Assembly (NCBI GenBank): GCA_031265015.1
Contig: JAISDG010000140.1
Coordinates: 1 to 40,502, forward strand
Direction of reading: 5' to 3'
DNA length: 40,502 bases
Origin: Spirochaetaceae bacterium
GTDB lineage: Bacteria > Spirochaetota > Spirochaetia > Treponematales > Breznakiellaceae
Position numbers and translations under genes: made by a program. Numbering within the stretch: the stretch's first letter is position 1; every line of letters begins with the position of its first letter. Below the pieces are notes generated by a model, which was not told where the DNA came from, did not search any database, and saw only the letters and a program-made list of their open reading frames with translations. Below, piece after piece: positions 35,734 to 40,502 of the stretch.

Positions 35734-36348
35734 AAGCGATGAACCATAAGCCGGATTCTGTTTTTAGCATGCCCCAGGGCCATGCTATAACCGCCATCTG
35801 TCTGGGACGGCCGTTGCCGGCCGTCTCCGTGCAGTCTACCCGTGCTTGACCGGCGGGCCGCCGGCTTACCTTGGGTGATTTCACCTTTTGGCATAAAAGC
35901 TTGTACCGTCAGGTACAAGCCGCGCACTTGCTTGACTTTGCTCCCGGCGAGGCTTGCCATAATCCGGCGCGACCGGATTATGGCAAGCGTTTGCTGCGCA
36001 AACCCTGCCCTGCCAGCCGAACCGAATTGTTTGCCGCCGGCGTTGCCGCCGGCGCGGTGGGCTCTTACCCCGCCATTTCACCCTGACTTTCCGCCTTCGG
36101 GTTCAAGTTTTGCCTTTAGGCACAACATTTTGCCTTCAGGTACAAACTTTCTACCTTCAGGTATAAAGCGGTATCCTTTCTGTTGCGCTTTCTGTCGGAA
36201 AGCTTTTTGTCCCCGTTACCGGGGGCTTGTTGCGCTTTCCGCCCGGGAATTACCCGGCGCCGTGCCCTGCGGAGTCCGGACTTTCCTCGAATTTTTAAGG
36301 ATGAGCATCGCGAATCCTTAAAAACCGCGGCGGCATGGTTCATCGCTT
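35734..36348 (-). ncRNA. rnpB: RNase P RNA, bacterial type A, unusually long (about 615 nt)
   Basis: The minus strand has the P4 5' strand GAGGAAAGUCCGGACUCCGCAGGGCA (about 36290-36265). The P4 3' strand is ACAGAAUCCGGCUUAU (35760-35745). P1 pairs 5' AAGCGAUGAACCAU (36348-36335) with 3' AUGGUUCAUCGCUU (35747-35734), followed by a U-run. Other universal blocks are present: GAAAGCGCAACAGAAAGG, CAGGGUGAAAUGGCGGGGUAAGAGCCCACCGCG, CCGGGAGCAAAG, CGGGUAGACUGC and AGAUGG. Confidence 0.9.
36092..36170 (-). repeat. Four tandem repeats of about 20 nt (mini-hairpin units) inside rnpB
   Basis: On the plus strand the units are cgCCTTCGGGttcaagttt, tgCCTTTAGGcacaacattt, tgCCTTCAGGtacaaactttc and taCCTTCAGGtataaagcg. 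In the RNA each reads NNCC-(U/C)(G/A)AA-GGNN followed by an A-rich linker. Confidence 0.8.
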
Positions 36349-36413
36349 GTAAAACAAAAAATTCGGAGGTTTTTTAAAACCGTCGGGTTTTGACACCCTC
36401 TTACTGATTCCTT

Positions 36414-37256
36414 TTACTCCTCGTATTCCATTCCCGGAGTTTCCTCGTCCTCCTCGTCTTCATCATATTCATCTTCTTCCATGTCATCAAGGTCCGCCAG
36501 GCTTCCGGTGTCTTCAGTGTCAAAGAAGTCTTCCCCGTCCTCGCCGGTCTCTTCATGGAACAGGATCCGGGAACAGTAGGGACAAAAAACGATTTCCTCT
36601 CCCTGATGGACAAGATTGGCAAACTGGACGGGAAGGACCATGTGACAGCCCATACATACCCCGCCCTTGATGGCGACAATACCCCGGCCCATTTTGTTCC
36701 TGATAATCCGCTCGAATTTAAAAAGCACCTCCGGGTCGAGGCCGGGGATCAGGTTCTGTTCTTCTTCTTCCAGCCTGGCGATCTGGGCCTTTTTTTCCGC
36801 AACTTCCATTTCGATGCCCTGCCGCCGCTCCGCCATCTCCTGTTCCTGTTGATCAATAAGGGCGGTCGTCTGCTTGATCTGTTCATCCAGATCCGCCAGC
36901 ATCCGTTCTTCCCGCTGAAGCTCCTTCCGGTACTGCTGTTCCCTGTCCGCCGCGTCCCGGATTTCCTTATCCAGAGCCTCGTATTCCCGCTGGGTATTGA
37001 CGGCGTCCATGTTTTTTTCCGATTTTTCCCTCATGGATACCGCTTCTTCCAGCAGTTCCCGGTATTCTACTTCGGAGCTGCGGAATTTTTCATATTCCAG
37101 GCTTTTTTCAATAAAGGTTTTTTTAAGCCTGGCAAGAAGCTCTTCCTGGGTTACCAGGATTTTGGGAATCTCTTCCACTTCATGTTCAAGTTTTATTTTT
37201 TCCGACAGGATATCCTGAAGTGTTCTAAGCTTGTCAAATACCTCTTCCATTACCAT
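36414..37256 (-). CDS. COG1579-type coiled-coil / C4 zinc-ribbon protein with an acidic tail
   Basis: 280 aa. A long heptad-rich N-terminal part, zinc ribbon CMGCHMVLP...FCPYCSRIL, and C-terminal DDMEEDEYDEDEEDEE. Confidence 0.8.
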   Translation of the reverse strand: MVMEEVFDKLRTLQDILSEKIKLEHEVEEIPKILVTQEELLARLKKTFIEKSLEYEKFRSSEVEYRELLEEAVSMREKSEKNMDAVNTQREYEALDKEIRDAADREQQYRKELQREERMLADLDEQIKQTTALIDQQEQEMAERRQGIEMEVAEKKAQIARLEEEEQNLIPGLDPEVLFKFERIIRNKMGRGIVAIKGGVCMGCHMVLPVQFANLVHQGEEIVFCPYCSRILFHEETGEDGEDFFDTEDTGSLADLDDMEEDEYDEDEEDEETPGMEYEE

Positions 37257-37292
37257 AGCTTACCTCTTTACGTTAATGTGGAACAACAACTT

Positions 37293-39143
37293 TTAGTGAT
37301 CCAGATAATCTTTGAGCCTGCGGCTCCTGATGGGATGCCGCAGGCGGCGCAGGGCTTTTGCCTCGATTTGCCGTATCCGTTCCCGGGTGACATTAAAATA
37401 AAGGCCCACCTCTTCCAGGGTCAGGGAATAACCGTCGTCCAGGCCGAAACGCATCTTGAGCACTTCCTGTTCCCGGGCCGGCAGGGTGGAAAGGACCCCG
37501 GACAGCTGTTCCTGGAGCAGGGTAAAGGCTGTCTGATTGGCGGGATTTTCCACATCCTTGTCTTCGATAAAGTCCCCCAGAAGGGAATCTTCTTCCTCCC
37601 CAATGGGGGTTTCCAGGCTTATCGGTTCCCGGGCGACGTTTTTGACGGATTTAACCCGCAGCGTGGTCCAGCCCAGGCGTTCGGCGATTTCTTCGTCCGT
37701 GGGTTCCCGTCCCAGAACCTGCATCAGCTGGCGGGATTCCCGGACCACCTTGTTGATCTGCTCGATCATGTGGACCGGTACCCGGATGGTCCGGGCCTGG
37801 TCGGAAATGGACCGGGTAATGGCCTGCCTGATCCACCAGGTAGCGTAGGTGGAAAATTTATACCCCTTGCGGTATTCAAATTTTTCCACCGCCTTGATAA
37901 GGCCGATGTTTCCCTCCTGGACCAGGTCGAAAAAATGGAGCCCCCGGTTGGTGTACTTTTTGGCAATGGAAACCACCAGCCGTAAGTTGGCCTTGATAAG
38001 TTTGTCTTTGGCGTTCTTCATCATCACCCGGCCCCGGTTAATTTCCCTGGCCATCTGGTTGATGTTGTCGATGGATTCTTCAAATTCCGCTTCCATCTGG
38101 CGGAGTTTCTTTTCCGTTACCTGGATATGGCGGATCAGTTCTTTTATTTCGTCGGAGGAAAGGCCCAGCTCCTCTTCCAGTACTTCCCGTTCCTCTTTGA
38201 CGGTGAGGCCCCGGCCCAGGGTCCGCAGTTCCCGCAGGGATCCCACCCGCAGCCGTTTTTCTATGCGTTCCTGTTCTTTTTTGTAGCGCTTTATCTTTTT
38301 GGCGGCCTGAACGAATTTTTCGGAAAAGCCGCTGATTTCTTCCGGGTGGATTTCGCTGTTTTCCACCACCCCCAGGATCTTTTTGCGGAGCCCGGTCAGC
38401 TCCCTGTCTTCATAAATATCGGAACCCCGGGAAATCAGCCGGCGCTTAACCTCGATATAGTTCCGAAGATCCGCCCCTACCAGGCGCAGGGTATCCTTGT
38501 AGAACTGGTTAAGCCGGCGGCGTTCGGTCATGTATTCGGTTATTTCTTTTTTGGAAAGGGACAGTTCCCGGGGGTCTTTTTTGGAAAAGGCCCGCTGGGC
38601 GATATGGTAAAATTCCGGGATGATCATTCCGGAATTTTTAATAACCCCTTTGATGATATTTTCCCCGTCTTCCATTTGTTTGGAGAGCTCTACTTCCTGG
38701 TCGGCGGTTAAAAGGCGCTCCTTGCCGATTTCCCTCAGATACAGCCGGATCGGATCGTCCGCGGAGGATTCCTTTTCGTTATAGACCAGCCGTTTTTTTT
38801 CGTTCTCGGCGCTTTTGCGGCCATCCTTCCCCTCGTCTTCCGGGCTTTCCTCTTCAATAAGCTGGACATGGTTCGCTTCCAGTAAAACCAGGACCTGTTC
38901 GATTTTATCGGTATTGGCGATATAGTCGGGAAGAAAATCCTGTAATTCGTCGTAGGAAAGGATCTTCTTTTCCCGGGCGTATTCGACAAGCTTCAGCACC
39001 GTAGGGTCCGCGGAGACATCGGGGGAATTCCCATCCGCTCCGGGCTGGAACTGGCGGAGGCTTTCCGGTTTTTGGGCTTTCTGCTTTGACAGAACCCTGG
39101 ATCCCTTTGATTTATGAATGGTAGATGCGGTTTTTTCGCTCAT
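37293..39143 (-). CDS. rpoD: RNA polymerase primary sigma factor
   Basis: 616 aa. Region 2 ([48 protein letters not shown]), region 3, and region 4.2 ([31 protein letters not shown]). Confidence 0.95.
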   Translation of the reverse strand: MSEKTASTIHKSKGSRVLSKQKAQKPESLRQFQPGADGNSPDVSADPTVLKLVEYAREKKILSYDELQDFLPDYIANTDKIEQVLVLLEANHVQLIEEESPEDEGKDGRKSAENEKKRLVYNEKESSADDPIRLYLREIGKERLLTADQEVELSKQMEDGENIIKGVIKNSGMIIPEFYHIAQRAFSKKDPRELSLSKKEITEYMTERRRLNQFYKDTLRLVGADLRNYIEVKRRLISRGSDIYEDRELTGLRKKILGVVENSEIHPEEISGFSEKFVQAAKKIKRYKKEQERIEKRLRVGSLRELRTLGRGLTVKEEREVLEEELGLSSDEIKELIRHIQVTEKKLRQMEAEFEESIDNINQMAREINRGRVMMKNAKDKLIKANLRLVVSIAKKYTNRGLHFFDLVQEGNIGLIKAVEKFEYRKGYKFSTYATWWIRQAITRSISDQARTIRVPVHMIEQINKVVRESRQLMQVLGREPTDEEIAERLGWTTLRVKSVKNVAREPISLETPIGEEEDSLLGDFIEDKDVENPANQTAFTLLQEQLSGVLSTLPAREQEVLKMRFGLDDGYSLTLEEVGLYFNVTRERIRQIEAKALRRLRHPIRSRRLKDYLDH

Positions 39144-39155
39144 TCCCTGGTTTCC

Positions 39156-40502
39156 TCATGAATTCTGCCGGGAGCCGCCGGACACTACAAGGGCCGGCTC
39201 TTCCTTTAATTTGGTTAGTTCGGTATCAATATGGATTTTTTCAGCAAGTAAATCACCCTGCATGACCGCTTCGAGGGAAGGATTTCGCAATTCCCGGATA
39301 ATTGATCTCCGTTTTCGTTCAAGAACCTTGCTCCTTACCCTTCTCATGCCGTCGGCGAGCAGTTTTTCGGGATGGGCGAAAGCCCCCAAAGCTCCCTGGC
39401 GCATGATAAAATTCCGCATATCCCCGCCGGGAACCGCTTCAAGGAGTTCCCCCGCCGTACCGGCCTGAACTTCCCCGCCGCTTCGCCGGTACCATTCTTC
39501 CAAAAAAATGTACAGTTCCCGGGCATGCCGGTCCTCCAGGTCTTCCAGCGCCAGGCCTGAACGGAGCGTTTTAAAGAAACCCGGATTCACAAAGACCGCC
39601 GCCAGCAGATAGATTTCATCCGCCGGACGGAAGGGCGGTTTTGTTCCCGCAGCCGGCCCCGCCTGTTTCGGAACCCCGGAAGGGGCCCGGCTCAAAGCCC
39701 TGTAATCGTCCAAAACCGCCCCGCGCTCTACCCCAAACGCGTCCGCGATAATCCCTATGGAAACATCCCGGGTTACTTCCGAATCCAGGGCATCCAGGTA
39801 GGGAAACAGAAAAGCCACCGCCTGTGACTTTTCTTCTTTAAGAGCCATGCCCCGGGATATAACATAAGTAAGATCAAGTATACAACAGCGGGCGCTTTTT
39901 TTCAATGTTTCCGCGCCGAATTTGTGCAAAATTTCCGCCGGATCCTTGGGGATCCCGGCTTCACCCTTAAAAAAGTCCCGAAAACTAACCACCGTACAGT
40001 CCAGACCGCTTTTCCTGCAGGAAAGAATCGCTTTTATGGCCGCATTCTGCCCCGCTTCGTCGCTGTCCAGCATCACGTTGACCTTTTCGGCCCAGCGGCG
40101 GAGCAGTTTTGCCTGATCTTCGGTAAAGGCCGTACCCAGGGGCGCCACCGCGTTGGTCACTCCGGCCTGGTGAAGGGCAATAACGTCCATGTATCCTTCC
40201 GCCAGGTACACTTCCCTGGTGTTACGGATTTCCGGCAGGGCCATGTCCAGGGCAAAGAGGGTCCGGCCCTTTTTAAACAGATCCGAATCCTGGGAATTGA
40301 TGTATTTGGGACCCTCCCCTTCCAGGATTCTTCCGCCGAAGGCAATAATCTGTCCGCCCTTATCGGCGATAGGAAACATCAAACGGTTGGAAAAAAACGC
40401 CGCCCCCGGATAACGGGGGGAAAAAAGGCCGGAGGAGGCAAGAAATTCGCCGGAAAAACCTCCCTTGCCGCTTAAAAATCCGAACAGCCAGTACCTGTCC
40501 GC
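39156..40502 (-). CDS. dnaG: DNA primase. The C-terminal part is in the window and the N-terminus lies beyond the window end.
   Basis: TOPRIM region (MFPIADKGGQIIAFGGR, YINSQDS.LFKKG..LF, EGYMDVIALHQAG). My translation of the same frame upstream of 40382 stays open to nt 40502 (..ADRYWLFGFLSGKGGFSGEF..). The track start is therefore internal. The stop lies 12 nt before rpoD. Confidence 0.9.
   Translation of the reverse strand, partial: ADRYWLFGFLSGKGGFSGEFLASSGLFSPRYPGAAFFSNRLMFPIADKGGQIIAFGGRILEGEGPKYINSQDSDLFKKGRTLFALDMALPEIRNTREVYLAEGYMDVIALHQAGVTNAVAPLGTAFTEDQAKLLRRWAEKVNVMLDSDEAGQNAAIKAILSCRKSGLDCTVVSFRDFFKGEAGIPKDPAEILHKFGAETLKKSARCCILDLTYVISRGMALKEEKSQAVAFLFPYLDALDSEVTRDVSIGIIADAFGVERGAVLDDYRALSRAPSGVPKQAGPAAGTKPPFRPADEIYLLAAVFVNPGFFKTLRSGLALEDLEDRHARELYIFLEEWYRRSGGEVQAGTAGELLEAVPGGDMRNFIMRQGALGAFAHPEKLLADGMRRVRSKVLERKRRSIIRELRNPSLEAVMQGDLLAEKIHIDTELTKLKEEPALVVSGGSRQNS

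Noticed and set aside
36092-36170. Regularly spaced repeats of about 20 nt that at first glance could suggest a tiny CRISPR-like or minisatellite array
   Set aside because: The units are contiguous with no unique spacers. There are only four copies of about 20 nt, no cas genes are nearby, and the array lies inside rnpB. I interpret it as an RNA structural repeat.
35640-36377. Several 60-160-aa ORFs on both strands in the 786-bp gap (35640-35960 minus, 35842-36321 plus, 36116-36343 minus, and others)
   Set aside because: The region is fully explained by the RNase P RNA, with its conserved P4 strands, P1 pairing and universal blocks. The ORFs have Arg/Ala/Pro-rich nonsense composition.
36555-37985. 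476-aa plus-strand ORF spanning the COG1579 and rpoD genes
   Set aside because: It is antisense to two genes with strong motifs (zinc ribbon; sigma regions 2-4) and crosses their intergenic gap. It is a Phe/Pro/Gly-rich artefact frame.
40377-40382. TTG/ATG at 40382/40379 as the dnaG start
   Set aside because: The same frame stays open to the window end. The upstream residues continue the primase catalytic core, so the gene is truncated by the window and does not start here.

Overview
This is a 40.5-kb chromosomal window from a moderately GC-rich bacterium. I call 36 protein genes and one ncRNA. The gene order (long RecA, scpA-scpB-rluB-cmk-rpsA, mreBCD-mrdA-rodA, dnaG-rpoD) looks spirochaete-like, but that cannot be proven from the sequence alone.

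Left to right: (1) a fucose module on the minus strand (fucI partial, LacI-family repressor, fucU) with two candidate LacI operators; (2) a divergent Prs-like gene, recA with a 123-aa Pro/Ala tail, and folK; (3) an accessory carbohydrate region, described below; (4) housekeeping genes scpA, scpB, a pseudouridine synthase, cmk and rpsA; (5) a domain-minimal sigma54-type activator followed by a TPR protein and a putative lipoprotein; (6) a long minus-strand array: dnaG (partial), rpoD, a COG1579 zinc-ribbon protein, rnpB, a TPR protein, mreB, mreC, mreD, mrdA, rodA and a fused radical-SAM/DUF2344 protein.

In the accessory region, an FGGY kinase lies next to an AT-rich five-gene cassette (about 7.6-14.5 kb). 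The cassette encodes a ribose-type ABC importer, a divergent glycyl-radical enzyme (GRE) and its activase. It is followed by GC-rich genes for a PTE-like hydrolase, a 2-hydroxyacid dehydrogenase, a shikimate-DH-like protein, a cupin-type PGI, a KDPG-type aldolase and a GntR regulator.

The strongest candidates for something new are two. First, the orphan GRE cassette: its Gly-radical motif is RKGGF, its Cys loop is NSCMG, and it is coupled to a sugar importer inside an unassigned sugar-acid locus. Second, an RNase P RNA of about 615 nt carrying tandem mini-hairpin repeats and a greatly extended helix. I found no CRISPR array, tRNA, rRNA, transposase or integrase. All homology statements come from reading the translations against remembered family motifs. 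No database search was run.
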